This document shows, in pieces, positions 20,177 to 31,376 of a DNA stretch of 64,000 nt (the stretch's first letter is position 1; each line of letters opens with the position of its first letter). The notes below the pieces were generated by a model, which ran no database searches, was not told where the DNA came from, and saw only the letters and a list, made by a program, of their open reading frames with translations. The translations under genes were made by a program, and so were the position numbers. Origin of the DNA: a virus. Where the stretch lies: positions 32,001-96,000 of the IMG/VR virus record IMGVR_UViG_3300030012_002034; one strand, written 5' to 3'.

Positions 20177-21793
20177 TTAGAATGATCCGCCAGTGATTGG
20201 GTTACGCATCACAATCTTAAGCACTTTAGTTGGGTCTTTTACCCATACTGCAGGCATTGTTTGTGACATGTATACACGGTAACCGTTAAACTGTCCTGAT
20301 CCTTGGAAGCCTTGAGTTCTTCCTTGATAATCCATAGTTCCATTTTGATAGAACCATTTTAATTGATTATCCCAAGATAATTTCAACATAAAGATGTTGT
20401 CATTAGTATTATCCGTTACATCAAAGATAATGAAAGAATAAGATGATAATGGGAATCCATCAATAATTGGGTTCTCAATGTCATTAGTATGAACATTGTC
20501 AAACGCAGGATTAATTACAAACTTCACGTTTGCTAAGAAAGGAATTACATAAGAAGTATATGCAAATCCAAAGTTAAGGTCCATTCCTTTACCAGTAATT
20601 GCACCTATATCAGCAGCTTGAATAGTAAGACCTGAAGCTACAGCTTCTAATTTAATAGCCTCATTAACCATTCTCATACCACCCATACCTGTTTGTACAA
20701 TTAATTGACGTTGTGGATCTGGTCCAGTAAAGTCAACTTTACCATTGAAGAAATTAAAGATCTCTCCACGGAATAAATCAAGGTTGAAGTTATTCTTGTT
20801 GTATACTCTTTTGAAAGAGTTATCCAACTGTTTCCAAAGACCTACAGATAATCTTACATCATCTGGACCGTCTTGTCTAACTCTACCACCATGACCCCAC
20901 ATTAGGTAAGTCTCAATGTCAGTAGCTACTTTTGTTAAGTGAGCTGCTTCCATATTTGTTAAGAAGCTTCTTGATAAATCTCCGTTATCAAATGCTTTCT
21001 TAACTGCATCTTTACCCATGATTTTAACCATATCTTCCATAGAAGAAACAGAAGGATTAAGATTCTTGTCAAAAGATCTCCAGATCTCTGTAACAGGAAT
21101 AGTACCATCTGCATTCATTCCACCTTTGATCATAAGATCAGCTCTAGAAGAAATAGAATAGTGAACGTGAGCTTCAGCTCCTCCTACATAGTTGTAGAAT
21201 TCACGGAAACCAGTGTTAGTAATGATATCAGAAAATCTCTCTCCATACTCACCTCTTGCAGAACCTTTTCTAAAAAGTTTAGTTCCATTAGCAAGATACT
21301 TGTTGTCTAGAAATTTAGTACTATCATTATTAACTAACTGAACAGTGTAGATGAATCCATCACCAAGAGGTTGTATATCATCTGCTGTAATATAAAGTTC
21401 AGCACCGTTATACTTGTCATAAGTAATGATATCACCGTGACCAAATTCACGTTTGTTAATTTTAATCTTAAAGGTAGTACCATCAATACCTTTAGACGTA
21501 TTGGAAGCTTCAATATCCTCAATGATATAAGGAAGATCCTGATTAACAGGAGTCTGCCATTTATACTCACCACGGGCATTGTCAACCATGATTACATTTT
21601 TACCACCAAAACTAGAAAGTTGATAAAGAGGCATCTCTACTTTTTGAGCCATAGCCCATAGGTCCACTGGACCCATATCCATAGGTTCTGCATCTTGCAA
21701 CATGTTTCTAAGGTGATAGGAATCCAAATGTGACGAAGCCTGATAAGCTGTGTCTCTCATAAAGATCCCATTGTTTAAAACTGGAGTTGCCAT
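20177..21793 (-). CDS. Major capsid protein (crAss-like HK97 fold)
   Basis: 538 aa, EYKW, YTVQL, TGxGGM and WVKDPTK motifs; follows scaffold and portal. Confidence 0.9.
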   Translation of the reverse strand: MATPVLNNGIFMRDTAYQASSHLDSYHLRNMLQDAEPMDMGPVDLWAMAQKVEMPLYQLSSFGGKNVIMVDNARGEYKWQTPVNQDLPYIIEDIEASNTSKGIDGTTFKIKINKREFGHGDIITYDKYNGAELYITADDIQPLGDGFIYTVQLVNNDSTKFLDNKYLANGTKLFRKGSARGEYGERFSDIITNTGFREFYNYVGGAEAHVHYSISSRADLMIKGGMNADGTIPVTEIWRSFDKNLNPSVSSMEDMVKIMGKDAVKKAFDNGDLSRSFLTNMEAAHLTKVATDIETYLMWGHGGRVRQDGPDDVRLSVGLWKQLDNSFKRVYNKNNFNLDLFRGEIFNFFNGKVDFTGPDPQRQLIVQTGMGGMRMVNEAIKLEAVASGLTIQAADIGAITGKGMDLNFGFAYTSYVIPFLANVKFVINPAFDNVHTNDIENPIIDGFPLSSYSFIIFDVTDNTNDNIFMLKLSWDNQLKWFYQNGTMDYQGRTQGFQGSGQFNGYRVYMSQTMPAVWVKDPTKVLKIVMRNPITGGSF

Positions 21794-21813
21794 TTGTTAT
21801 TATTTATTTGTTA

Positions 21814-23082
21814 TTAAAATCGTTTAAAAAAATTATTTTTGTTTCTAGGAATACTCTTTTTCTTTGTAGTTCTAGAAGTTGTTTTCTTTTCCGGTGTTAC
21901 TGAGGATGTTATCTTTCTTGAAGACTCAGTCTTCAACATCCTTACAGTTTTTTCATTTGCCTTATTACTTCCTTGACTTTGAATCTTACTTCTGTATCCT
22001 TGAGGATCTGCAAGTAACCAAAGTGCTTCCGCAATAAGATCATGTCTTGGTTCTACATATTGGTATTTCTCTAACAAGTGTCCCAATAAATTTGTAGGTT
22101 TACCTGACATAGAAGGGTAACTAGGTTGAACTAAACCTGTGTATAAAAGTCCTTGTGTCTTTTTATCTAGTTTTACCTCTCCTAATTTACCTACAGATAA
22201 TGTATTATAAACATCATCCATATAAGCTCTTGCTGCATCTTCTTGTTGCTTTTTCATTTGCTCTTGTTGAGCTAACTGTCTAGCAACAATTTCTTCTTGC
22301 ATTCTATCTAACTTAGGTTTAAACTGATTAGCTTTCTTTTCTAGCTTTTCAATATCTCTCCATGTATCTATCTCTTCTTGAATTTCTTCAGGAGTTCCAA
22401 AGTTAGTAGCTGTTAAATACTGTCTTGCTATTTCAGCCTGGTGTTGCTCATTAGAAGGATCTAATTGAGTAACCTCTTCAACGTGTGCAAGAGTTCTAAA
22501 TAATCCCTTCATGTCAGTACCCCCATCTGCTACATATTTTGCAGCTATCTGAAGTTCTTGAGGAAGAGAGTTAAAAAATTCTTTAGGTGTATCCTGTCTA
22601 ATTTTTTCTTCTCTTTGTTGAAAGTTAGCTTCAAACAATTCTCTAAAATCTTTTGCTGTATAGTCCTCTATAGGTTTATCATCATCAAAAGGCATTAAAG
22701 AACCTTCTTCAATCATCTTATTAGCTAAGTCTGCAAGACCACTTTTATCCAGTCTACGTCTTCCTTTCCCTTCAGCATCTTCTTCCTGACTAATTAAATC
22801 ATCTAGTTCAGCAATTGCTTCTTCTGTCTGTTCTGCTATTACTTCATCTGAAACAGGTTTTTCTTCTGTTTCAGTTTCTGTTTTTGCAGGCTTGTCAATG
22901 AACTCAGTGTCAAACGGCTTTTCAGTCGCTAAGACATTTGTTGGTTTTTCAGTTTCTTCTTCTTTTGGTAGCATTACATTGCTTGCATCCGGGCTTGCAC
23001 CAAATATACTATCAATATCTACATCTACCTGACCTACCGTTGTAGTATCTTGTGTTTCCACATTAGTGTTTTCTTCACTCAT
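21814..23082 (-). CDS. Acidic scaffold-like protein upstream of MCP
   Basis: Acidic disordered N-terminus, coiled coil, basic C-tail ending NFFKRF; start revised to MSEENT. Confidence 0.7.
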   Translation of the reverse strand: MSEENTNVETQDTTTVGQVDVDIDSIFGASPDASNVMLPKEEETEKPTNVLATEKPFDTEFIDKPAKTETETEEKPVSDEVIAEQTEEAIAELDDLISQEEDAEGKGRRRLDKSGLADLANKMIEEGSLMPFDDDKPIEDYTAKDFRELFEANFQQREEKIRQDTPKEFFNSLPQELQIAAKYVADGGTDMKGLFRTLAHVEEVTQLDPSNEQHQAEIARQYLTATNFGTPEEIQEEIDTWRDIEKLEKKANQFKPKLDRMQEEIVARQLAQQEQMKKQQEDAARAYMDDVYNTLSVGKLGEVKLDKKTQGLLYTGLVQPSYPSMSGKPTNLLGHLLEKYQYVEPRHDLIAEALWLLADPQGYRSKIQSQGSNKANEKTVRMLKTESSRKITSSVTPEKKTTSRTTKKKSIPRNKNNFFKRF

Positions 23083-23182
23083 TTTTGTTGGTTTTAAATT
23101 ACTGTTACTATTAATATACAAATTAACTTTAAAATAAACTTAAGAAATTTAAAAATTTTTGATAAAAATCTGCACTATATAG

Positions 23183-23455
23183 CTATTTTATTTTTTTATA
23201 TAACTTTTCAAGCTCTTTTATATAAAAATTTCTTTCTTCTGATCTTACTAAAGCTATTTCTTTAATAAAGTTTTCTCTCTCTAAATGACATTGTTTTAAA
23301 AATTGTTCTCTTTCTTTATGCCATGTTTCACGTTCTCTTGTTGATCTATCAGATATCTCTTCAATTTTTCTAAGCAGCCACCTCTCTCTTGTAATAGCAT
23401 ATACTACCCAAACACCAAGAACTCCGTATTGTGTAAGTATATCAAAGAATTCCAT
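23183..23455 (-). CDS. Small membrane protein, BhlA/UviB holin-like
   Basis: N-terminal TM segment (QYGVLGVWVVYAI) followed by a coiled coil. Confidence 0.5.
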   Translation of the reverse strand: MEFFDILTQYGVLGVWVVYAITRERWLLRKIEEISDRSTRERETWHKEREQFLKQCHLERENFIKEIALVRSEERNFYIKELEKLYKKIK

Positions 23456-26205
23456 TATTTCTCTTTATCTTTTTTAGATTTAGGTTCAGATTTATCAAAT
23501 TGATTTTTATTTTCTCTAGCAATTTGTAATTGAGTTTGTGCTACATCTCTTTGAACTTGTAGTTTTTCTCTTTCAATAGCATTTTTCTGGTTAGCTTGCA
23601 TTTGCCTGTTAGATTCTTTTTGTCTAGCCATTTGAGTTTGAGTTTGATATTGTTCTGTTTTACGTATATCATCCATAGCATCTCTATAGTCACTCATTTG
23701 ATTTTGATTTATATCAGACATAGATCCATAACCCGCAGCTTTTATCTCAGCAATAAGAATATCTTTTTGTCTATCTTTCTCATCTCTACCTTCTTCATAT
23801 TCACGTTTAAGTCTTTCTTCTTCTGCTTTAGCTTGAATTTGTTGCTGTTGCATTTCTTGCTGCTGCTGTTGTTCTTGCTGCTGTTGTTGTCGTTGCTTTT
23901 CTTCAGAAGCTTTCATTACACTATTAAGATCAGCAATAGAATCTGATTGAACAATTTTACCAAGGTCATAAATACTAGCGCCAGTAGTATTGTTAGTCAT
24001 TGCCATTTGCTTAAGTTGCTCAAGCACTGCTCGATGATTAGCATTAGTAGTTGAAAAGATATTTAAATCTCTCATTAACAAATCAGTACCATTTATTTCA
24101 AAATTAACTTTTTCAGCAGCTGTTGTTATATAAGTCAATCTAGCAGATGGTTTAGTTGAATGATAGTACTGAGCTAAATCAGTTCTCATTTGATGAACTC
24201 TTGGCATTAAGTAATCACAATGCTGCATAAAATAAGTTTCTGTTTGAGCATATGATGCACTTACAGCTTGTTCTACTCCTGTTGCTGTAGTTTGTGCTAT
24301 TTGCTGTCCCATTCTTTGAGGGTTAACTCCTACAACATCATAAGCTTGTTGTTTAAAGTGATTACCTAATTGAATTCTAGACATAAGCCTATTAGTCTGA
24401 GATAGATCTAATTTTTGGAAATGCTGAAAGTTTAATGCATTTTCTGTATTTGTAATAGAAGTATCTAAAGGTAACATTTGGAAATCTTTCATAGCCACAT
24501 ACGCCTTAGCTAAATTACCTTTACCCCAATCTTCTCCTAATGAATGCCTAGGTAAAGTATTCTGATCTAACATTATTATAGTTCCTAACTCATCAACAAG
24601 TATATCTGCTATTTGATTATTAACCATATTATATCCTATCTGATATGGTTTCATCATATCTACTAATGAAGTAGATCTAGTATTTCTATCTGAGAATACA
24701 GATCCTTCTACAGGAAGCTTGCATCCATACAAACTAGAATCTCCTTTAAATTGAAACTTAAGAGGACCTATATTATTTTTATCAATACCTAAATAAATAG
24801 GATCTAGTCCTTCAGGGTTATTCATGCCCCAATAACTAGGAATGTTTGGACCAATTTTAACACCGCCCCATACTTCATTAATCCATATCCAATCTATATG
24901 TTCTCCAAATACTAAATTATCTTTAGATTTATTTTTAAATAATCTAGTATCATATTGAGGTTTATCTGTAACTTTATATGCTTCAGTAATTATTTCATTT
25001 ACTACTTCACCATTTTCTTTTATTTTAGTGAGATGTCCTACTTTTCTTTGAGACTTCCAGTATACTGTACAAACTCTAAGCAGGTCATTAGTACCATCTA
25101 CATAATATTCTTCACCTTGTAATAATAATTTTTCTACAATATCATCACCATACATTGCCTGTGAAGAAGCCAATGATCTCCAAGCTAAAGATGGAGGATT
25201 GGCGTTTGCTTCATATGATTTAGTTGCATCATAGTATGTACCATCATTTTGATAACCTGTCATATTATATCCTACTGCTTTCATAGGATACACAGCTTCT
25301 AGTGCTTCTAATTGTTTTTCTGACATAAGATAACCATACTTATCAATTACATCAGCGCCTGTCATCATATCAATTTTACCTACCCAGTTACCTTGAGATA
25401 TATATCTAACATCAGGAGACTTGTGATAAAAAGTAATTAAAGGATTCCATAGTTCTACTTCATAATCATCCTCCATCATTTTCATATGCCAGAATTCTCT
25501 ATCTGTGATAAGCATATCACGGAAAGCTCTTTCTTCTAATTCATCTAGTTTAAATCTTTCTACATCAACCTTATGCTGATGAGAAGCCCATTGCTCTACC
25601 ATAGATCTATAATCTTTTTTAAAGAAAGATTCAATTTCTGGTAATTGCTTCAAAGCATCTGGAGCTAGTTGTTGTTGAGCTTCTTCAGATTCAGGGTCTA
25701 AACCTTGTTCTAATAGTGCAGTACCTATTTTTACTTGAGCATCTTGAAATAAAACTTCTTCAACAGCTTGTCTTTTTTGCTCAAGCATTTCATTATAAGA
25801 ACCTTCATCAACTGCTCTATAAGTAAGTTTAGTTGCTCTTTTAGCAAATTCTGCTACAAGTACATTAACCACATTAGGAATAATAGGATAAAACTTTAGT
25901 TCTAATGCTGTAACATCTTCTTTAGTAAGAATATCAATTATTTCAGCATACTCATTATCTTCCTCAACAATATAATCTGTTTTGTCTATAATACCTTTTG
26001 CAAGTTTATAATTTTTAGAAAGCCTTCTAGCATTTCTTTTAATTTGCTTTAGACCATTCCACTCTAGCCAGTCTATATTCCATGCTGCCCACTCACCATC
26101 TTTATCTTTTGGAGATAAAAACTGTAAAGGTTGTGTTATATTTCCTATTCTATTATGTTCTGCTTTAGCTCCTTTTTTGAGCTGCATTGCGTTGAGGACC
26201 TGCAT
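23455..26205 (-). CDS. Portal protein
   Basis: 916 aa, FYPIIPNVVNVLVAEF, SLVDMMKPYQI, GVNPQRMGQ motifs, Gln-rich coiled tail; directly after terminase. Confidence 0.9.
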   Translation of the reverse strand: MQVLNAMQLKKGAKAEHNRIGNITQPLQFLSPKDKDGEWAAWNIDWLEWNGLKQIKRNARRLSKNYKLAKGIIDKTDYIVEEDNEYAEIIDILTKEDVTALELKFYPIIPNVVNVLVAEFAKRATKLTYRAVDEGSYNEMLEQKRQAVEEVLFQDAQVKIGTALLEQGLDPESEEAQQQLAPDALKQLPEIESFFKKDYRSMVEQWASHQHKVDVERFKLDELEERAFRDMLITDREFWHMKMMEDDYEVELWNPLITFYHKSPDVRYISQGNWVGKIDMMTGADVIDKYGYLMSEKQLEALEAVYPMKAVGYNMTGYQNDGTYYDATKSYEANANPPSLAWRSLASSQAMYGDDIVEKLLLQGEEYYVDGTNDLLRVCTVYWKSQRKVGHLTKIKENGEVVNEIITEAYKVTDKPQYDTRLFKNKSKDNLVFGEHIDWIWINEVWGGVKIGPNIPSYWGMNNPEGLDPIYLGIDKNNIGPLKFQFKGDSSLYGCKLPVEGSVFSDRNTRSTSLVDMMKPYQIGYNMVNNQIADILVDELGTIIMLDQNTLPRHSLGEDWGKGNLAKAYVAMKDFQMLPLDTSITNTENALNFQHFQKLDLSQTNRLMSRIQLGNHFKQQAYDVVGVNPQRMGQQIAQTTATGVEQAVSASYAQTETYFMQHCDYLMPRVHQMRTDLAQYYHSTKPSARLTYITTAAEKVNFEINGTDLLMRDLNIFSTTNANHRAVLEQLKQMAMTNNTTGASIYDLGKIVQSDSIADLNSVMKASEEKQRQQQQQEQQQQQEMQQQQIQAKAEEERLKREYEEGRDEKDRQKDILIAEIKAAGYGSMSDINQNQMSDYRDAMDDIRKTEQYQTQTQMARQKESNRQMQANQKNAIEREKLQVQRDVAQTQLQIARENKNQFDKSEPKSKKDKEK

Positions 26206-26209
26206 ATTT

Positions 26210-28411
26210 TTATTTTAAATTTTTAAAAGCTGACTTTTTAAAAACTTTGCCGTTAACCATTCTTCCTCTTCCCATATTGCGAAAAGGACTATATTTTAAT
26301 TTAAATAAATTATCTGACTTTTGCAAGTTTTTATTGACATCATCAGTGATAGTTCTTTTATTATAACCTCTATTAGAATTTTGAATTGTCATAAAGGCGA
26401 TTAGTGCTGTAAATGCTATTAAACGGTCAACATTGACTCCAGGTTGATATTCTCTCATTTCTTTTAAAAGCATTGGATCTGGTATTCTTTCTACACCATA
26501 CTTAGTTCTTACTATTGTACCATCTATTTTAGTTTCTACATCTAACTCTTCCCTAAGATATTCAATTGAGTAATTAAGTAAATGTCCTTTAAATAGATTA
26601 CCTGTGTTTCTCCAACCATATTCTTGATATACATTAGTATTAGAACCCAACTCTTTTAGAAATAATATTTGATTTTTAGGTACTAAATACTTTTGCTTTC
26701 TTTGAGATATCATATACTGAATAAATAAAGAAATGTTATTCTCTATTACTGTCCATGCATTATACCATTCTATAATCATCTCAAGTTTCTGATGTGTCTT
26801 CTTTAGATCATTAAATCTACCGCACCAGGCAGCTACAATTTTATCTGGTTCTATATAACTTTCATGTTCTCCATCATTTAATTTAGTTACTTCCACAGGA
26901 GCTTTCATAACATAAATGGAACAAAGAGACTCTGAGGTTGTGGTCTTGCCTGCTGATACAGGGTCAATAGAGGCATAGTAAGTTCCAAACTTAGGATCTT
27001 TTACTGGTCTTTCCCATACTACTAGCGCTCCTTCTTTATTCTCTGATCTCTTAGATATAGGAAACTCTTTTATTGGTTGTTTATTAGTTTCTTTAGCTTT
27101 TATATTAAATTTTTCATCACGGCTAAGTTCCAGTAGTTCATAAGCATATTCTTTTTCTTCTATTCTTTTTAACTGTGCTGCTAAAAGATTAGGAGGAAAT
27201 AAAGACTCTTTTCTGTATGCAAATGCCTCTTCTATATTTCTAGGATGTTGAGATATTCTTAACTGATATTGTTCAGGACTAAGTTCTTTTTTCCATTTTT
27301 CAAATTGATCATTTAAAGCTTCTAATGCTTCTTTAACTTGAGAATTACCATATTTATCTATAAATGGCGGCATAGACCATTGCTCAGGAATAAATAATCC
27401 TGATCTCCCTTCAGTATTTTTTTTATCTATAAGATTAGTTTCTACAGAATAAATATCATTCATTTCAGGATTAAGTATCATATCCTTTAATGGTTCACAC
27501 TGATCTAAGTCTCCTACTGAACCTGCCGCTATAAACACACCAGTTGTAACTAGTCCTGCTCTCATAGCAGGTCTTAGATATTCATATGTAGTATTCATCT
27601 TAGGTGCAATTCCCGCCTCCTCATGAAAGAAGAACTTAACAGGTCCCCCTACTCCAGTTGTAGGATCTTTTTCAAAAGACATACCTTGTATTGTACCTTT
27701 TAATCCTACTTGAGTTTTTCTACCTCCTTTTCTTACTTCAATCTTTTGTTGCCACATCATAACCTTTTCAGGATTCATAGGTCTATACCAGGCTGTATGT
27801 TCATTTAAAAATCCAGCGTATTCATTAAGAAACTTCCAAGATCCTTTTTCATTTATATAATCTTTTAGAGCGGCTCCTACTTTTAGAGTGACACCTTCTT
27901 CAAACCAAAGCTGATTTATAAGTTTAGCCATATGAAAGTAAGAAGATCCAAACTGTCTTTTCTTTAGTATTGCACAATGTCTATAATATATTTCTGCTAG
28001 TATTTCATATAATGCCATATGATATTGAGCATCTCTTAATTTAGGAAATCCAAACTTTTGTGTTTCTTTATCAAATATAGGAAGGAAGTTAAGAAACATA
28101 TAATAGTCTCTTGTAATGTACCAACTATTATCTCCGGATTTTACAATCAGACCTTTTCTACATTTAGCCTTCTCACCATCCCAGTATTTAATAAAATCTT
28201 TTGATTTAAACGGTGCAGTACAGTATACATTTTCTTGAGTAAACTTTACACCTTCTTTAATAAACTCTTCTGATGTTTTATCAAAGTTATATTGACCAGG
28301 TAATTTAAATAAACTAATAAGATATTCTCCAAATTCATCTCTGGAACTAAAAGAAGTTAAAGTAATTTCTCCATCTTCCCATGTAGGTATATCTTCATAT
28401 ATTTTATTCAT
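26210..28411 (-). CDS. terL: Terminase large subunit
   Basis: LKKRQFGSSY (Walker A-like), FFHEEAG (Walker B), SIDPV nuclease motif, NVDRL. Confidence 0.92.
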   Translation of the reverse strand: MNKIYEDIPTWEDGEITLTSFSSRDEFGEYLISLFKLPGQYNFDKTSEEFIKEGVKFTQENVYCTAPFKSKDFIKYWDGEKAKCRKGLIVKSGDNSWYITRDYYMFLNFLPIFDKETQKFGFPKLRDAQYHMALYEILAEIYYRHCAILKKRQFGSSYFHMAKLINQLWFEEGVTLKVGAALKDYINEKGSWKFLNEYAGFLNEHTAWYRPMNPEKVMMWQQKIEVRKGGRKTQVGLKGTIQGMSFEKDPTTGVGGPVKFFFHEEAGIAPKMNTTYEYLRPAMRAGLVTTGVFIAAGSVGDLDQCEPLKDMILNPEMNDIYSVETNLIDKKNTEGRSGLFIPEQWSMPPFIDKYGNSQVKEALEALNDQFEKWKKELSPEQYQLRISQHPRNIEEAFAYRKESLFPPNLLAAQLKRIEEKEYAYELLELSRDEKFNIKAKETNKQPIKEFPISKRSENKEGALVVWERPVKDPKFGTYYASIDPVSAGKTTTSESLCSIYVMKAPVEVTKLNDGEHESYIEPDKIVAAWCGRFNDLKKTHQKLEMIIEWYNAWTVIENNISLFIQYMISQRKQKYLVPKNQILFLKELGSNTNVYQEYGWRNTGNLFKGHLLNYSIEYLREELDVETKIDGTIVRTKYGVERIPDPMLLKEMREYQPGVNVDRLIAFTALIAFMTIQNSNRGYNKRTITDDVNKNLQKSDNLFKLKYSPFRNMGRGRMVNGKVFKKSAFKNLK

Positions 28412-28739
28412 AATGTTGTTGGTCCCAAAATTTCTTTAGTAACCTAGAACCACATTCTGTATTTTCTATTTCTCCAAGCAATGATCCAAATATTTTATTT
28501 TCTTTAAGAAGCCTTCTATTTTCTTTTTCTGTTAAATATAGTTCATATTGTATATCTCCAGCATCTTTTCTAATTATTTCAATCTCTTCTTCTAAAAGCT
28601 TATAATCTTTTAAAGATACTGTATTACTTTTTGTTTTTACAGGTTCTTTATTTATTATAGAAATTATAAAGAATAAAATAATAGATACTATAATTCCAAT
28701 AAGAAGTAATACTATTCTTAACTTTATTTGGTTATTCAT
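28404..28739 (-). CDS. Membrane-anchored coiled-coil protein
   Basis: N-terminal hydrophobic helix. Confidence 0.6.
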   Translation of the reverse strand: MNNQIKLRIVLLLIGIIVSIILFFIISIINKEPVKTKSNTVSLKDYKLLEEEIEIIRKDAGDIQYELYLTEKENRRLLKENKIFGSLLGEIENTECGSRLLKKFWDQQHYE

Positions 28740-29376
28740 CTATATCAGTGTTATCATAGAACATTCTATCTGAATCTTCAGTATGCCATTTTTCAAAGCC
28801 TTCTGCATTATAAAATTCCTTACATACTAAATAGTCAGGTCTTGCTGGAAAAGGTTTAGTTACAAAACTTGGTTCTGTCCATCTAATTCTATTATTAGGC
28901 TGTAAAGCAATTTGTCCATTATCTAATAAAATTATATGATGGCTTTTGTGTTCCATAGGATCTTCTGATAATGTCATGTCAGCATTTAAATTATTACTGC
29001 CCCAATTTATAGTAGAGTGATAAACACCATCATACCACTTTTTATCTTTCATGTATACAGATACAGGAGTATCATATAAATATGATAATTGTACTACAGT
29101 AAAGTTATATGAAAAGCAATTCCATATTTGTAAGTAATCAAATGGTAAATCAGGAGTTGGAGTTTTAGGTTCTGTTAATAGCGCATGTGAAGGAAGCTTA
29201 TCTCTCAGTACACCATTATCAAGTAATACCTGAAACAATGCAACTTGTCCAGGCATACATCTAACGGATATAATTACGCCTTCGCTAAATTCACCATGAC
29301 CTTTCTTGTCTTGATATAAGTATTCATTTCTTAAGAATACTTTCATTGGAAAAAAATTGTGTTCTATGTGTGCCAT
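28732..29376 (-). CDS. Conserved phage hypothetical protein
   Basis: HGEF...DKLP..AL...LQIWNCFSY...EHKSHHIILLDNGQIALQPNNR family, common in aquatic phages. Confidence 0.7.
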   Translation of the reverse strand: MAHIEHNFFPMKVFLRNEYLYQDKKGHGEFSEGVIISVRCMPGQVALFQVLLDNGVLRDKLPSHALLTEPKTPTPDLPFDYLQIWNCFSYNFTVVQLSYLYDTPVSVYMKDKKWYDGVYHSTINWGSNNLNADMTLSEDPMEHKSHHIILLDNGQIALQPNNRIRWTEPSFVTKPFPARPDYLVCKEFYNAEGFEKWHTEDSDRMFYDNTDIDE

Positions 29377-29388
29377 ATTTATTATTAA

Positions 29389-29904
29389 TTAAGAGTCATA
29401 CGCTAGTCCTTGACCACCACGTACTTGACTTTGTTGTTCTTCTTGTAAATCTTTATATGCTCCTTTAAAAGAGGATCTTATTTGCTCAAACTTTGCAGCT
29501 GCATTAACTAATGAATTTATATTACCATCTCTACCATGTTCAATAGGGACAGTCTCCATATATCTTGCTAGTTTATCAAGCATTGTTTTAATACCTTTAT
29601 ATGCTCTAGAAGTAGGAGTGCTATACATTTCTTCACAAAATGCTAATGCATGTCTTACAGCACCATCTTCTGTAGAAAATTCTGCTTCTATTTCTTGAAG
29701 TATTAATTCTTCTTTATCTCTTTCTGGAGTATGAAAAAATGGATTTTCTTCTGGGTTAGGATAAGTCATATAAAATATATACTGATATATCTTTAGATAA
29801 TCATCCGGATAATTATCCATTATTTTCTTTAATGTCTTTAGTGTATAACAATGTTCTGTAGGTACTACAGTATTATTCTCTACATCAAATAATCTTACAA
29901 TCAT
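29389..29904 (-). CDS. Conserved crAss-like protein near terminase (possible small terminase subunit)
   Basis: 171 aa, helical, VRGG near the C-terminus; function inferred from position only. Confidence 0.5.
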   Translation of the reverse strand: MIVRLFDVENNTVVPTEHCYTLKTLKKIMDNYPDDYLKIYQYIFYMTYPNPEENPFFHTPERDKEELILQEIEAEFSTEDGAVRHALAFCEEMYSTPTSRAYKGIKTMLDKLARYMETVPIEHGRDGNINSLVNAAAKFEQIRSSFKGAYKDLQEEQQSQVRGGQGLAYDS

Positions 29905-30734
29905 TTTTTAAATTTTGATCTATTATCATATAACCAATGAATTATACTTATTACTTCATCTTTTAAATAATCAACAGGCATTTGTATTATCTCTTTTATA
30001 ACAGGGTCTCCTTCCGGAGTATATTTAGTTATAGGATAACCATATTCATCTTTACCTTCTTCTTCAAATTTAACATGATGTATGTATATCTTTCCTGGTT
30101 TAAGTTTAGGGTTATGCTTTATTATAATATACATATAAATACTGAGCTGTAAAGTATAATGACTAAAATTACAATCATCTAAATGAGATAAGGGTAAAGT
30201 CATTCTTTCTGATTTACCTTCCCAATTTTTAAAAGATTTTGTTTTAATTTCTTTATTTGTTTTATAATCTATTATGTTCACTTTTCCATCAACTACTTCC
30301 ACTAAATCTGCTTGACCACAAACACCTGCAGATTTTAAATATACCATATGTTCAGGATATATACCCGGATCTAATTTTTGAATTGGTGCAATTTTAATTC
30401 CATCTTCTTCTCCTTTAGGAGCAAATACAGGAATAGTAAAGCCATCTCTTTCTATAGAACTAAGACTACAAATATCTTTCTCTCTTTGATCATGATAAAA
30501 AGTTCCTAAAGTCATTGCACGTATAGATTCATTATTCCATATTTCTTGAATCTTTTTAGGTTTAATACCATACCATTTTGAATTCTTTTTTTTAGATACT
30601 TTAATAGCTATCTTTTCTGCATTAAATGGATTTTTAAATTTGGATATAAGAGTAGTTACACTAATCCAATTAATATTTTCATCAGAGCTTATGCTTTTAT
30701 AACTATGATCTTCTGCATTAAATATTATACTCAT
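29901..30734 (-). CDS. PD-(D/E)XK nuclease
   Basis: SVTT, GTFYH, CGQADLV...IIDYKTNK, YTLQLSIY motifs. Confidence 0.85.
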   Translation of the reverse strand: MSIIFNAEDHSYKSISSDENINWISVTTLISKFKNPFNAEKIAIKVSKKKNSKWYGIKPKKIQEIWNNESIRAMTLGTFYHDQREKDICSLSSIERDGFTIPVFAPKGEEDGIKIAPIQKLDPGIYPEHMVYLKSAGVCGQADLVEVVDGKVNIIDYKTNKEIKTKSFKNWEGKSERMTLPLSHLDDCNFSHYTLQLSIYMYIIIKHNPKLKPGKIYIHHVKFEEEGKDEYGYPITKYTPEGDPVIKEIIQMPVDYLKDEVISIIHWLYDNRSKFKK

Positions 30735-31021
30735 AGCTCATTCAATTTATCTTCTTGCTCTTGTGTCATAACTGCTTTCCATTTATCTAAAGGACAATCA
30801 CTAGATAAAGATCTTAATTTAAACCCTAATGAACAACCACATTCTCCACAACAAGGTTGCGTTCCAGGAACAGCGCATTTATCTCCATTAGATTCACAAA
30901 GTTTACAAATAGCCCATCTTTCTTTTGCAATAGCTTCTACAAACTCATCTCTGAGTACTGCATTTTTTATACCCTCTAAAATCTTTTTTCTATTTTTCCA
31001 AATTTCCTTTAGATTGAACAT
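30731..31021 (-). CDS. Cys-rich small protein (DUF6171-like)
   Basis: RWAICKLC...CGECGC...CPLDKW. Confidence 0.7.
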   Translation of the reverse strand: MFNLKEIWKNRKKILEGIKNAVLRDEFVEAIAKERWAICKLCESNGDKCAVPGTQPCCGECGCSLGFKLRSLSSDCPLDKWKAVMTQEQEDKLNEL

Positions 31022-31376
31022 CTTTTTTATTTTTAAATTCTTTCTTTTTATTTACTTCTTCATAATGTTTTTCTCTAACACTAAGAAGCTTTTCTAACAA
31101 TGATTCTTTATATTTAAAATATTGAAAACTGTTAAAGGTATAAACATCCTTATTTTTTATAATTTTTTTGCATCTATTAATTTCTTTATTAACAGCTTTA
31201 ATCTTTATATTAAAAACACCTAATCCAGGAGTATTTATTGAAATATGATTAAGCTCTGTTAAAGTTGATCTTAAATCTCTGTAATAAAAATCAATACAGG
31301 CAGAAATAAAATTTTTATTAGCATCTAAATCTTCAGCTATCTCTTTATAAATCTCTTTATATTTTTTAGGTTTCAT
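30990..31376 (-). CDS. HU/IHF-like protein (second copy)
   Basis: EIYKEIAEDL...INTPGLGVFNIK. Confidence 0.55.
   Translation of the reverse strand: MKPKKYKEIYKEIAEDLDANKNFISACIDFYYRDLRSTLTELNHISINTPGLGVFNIKIKAVNKEINRCKKIIKNKDVYTFNSFQYFKYKESLLEKLLSVREKHYEEVNKKKEFKNKKDVQSKGNLEK

Noticed and set aside
23840-23900. CTG/TTG-rich repeat
   Set aside because: Encodes the poly-Gln stretch of the portal coiled coil
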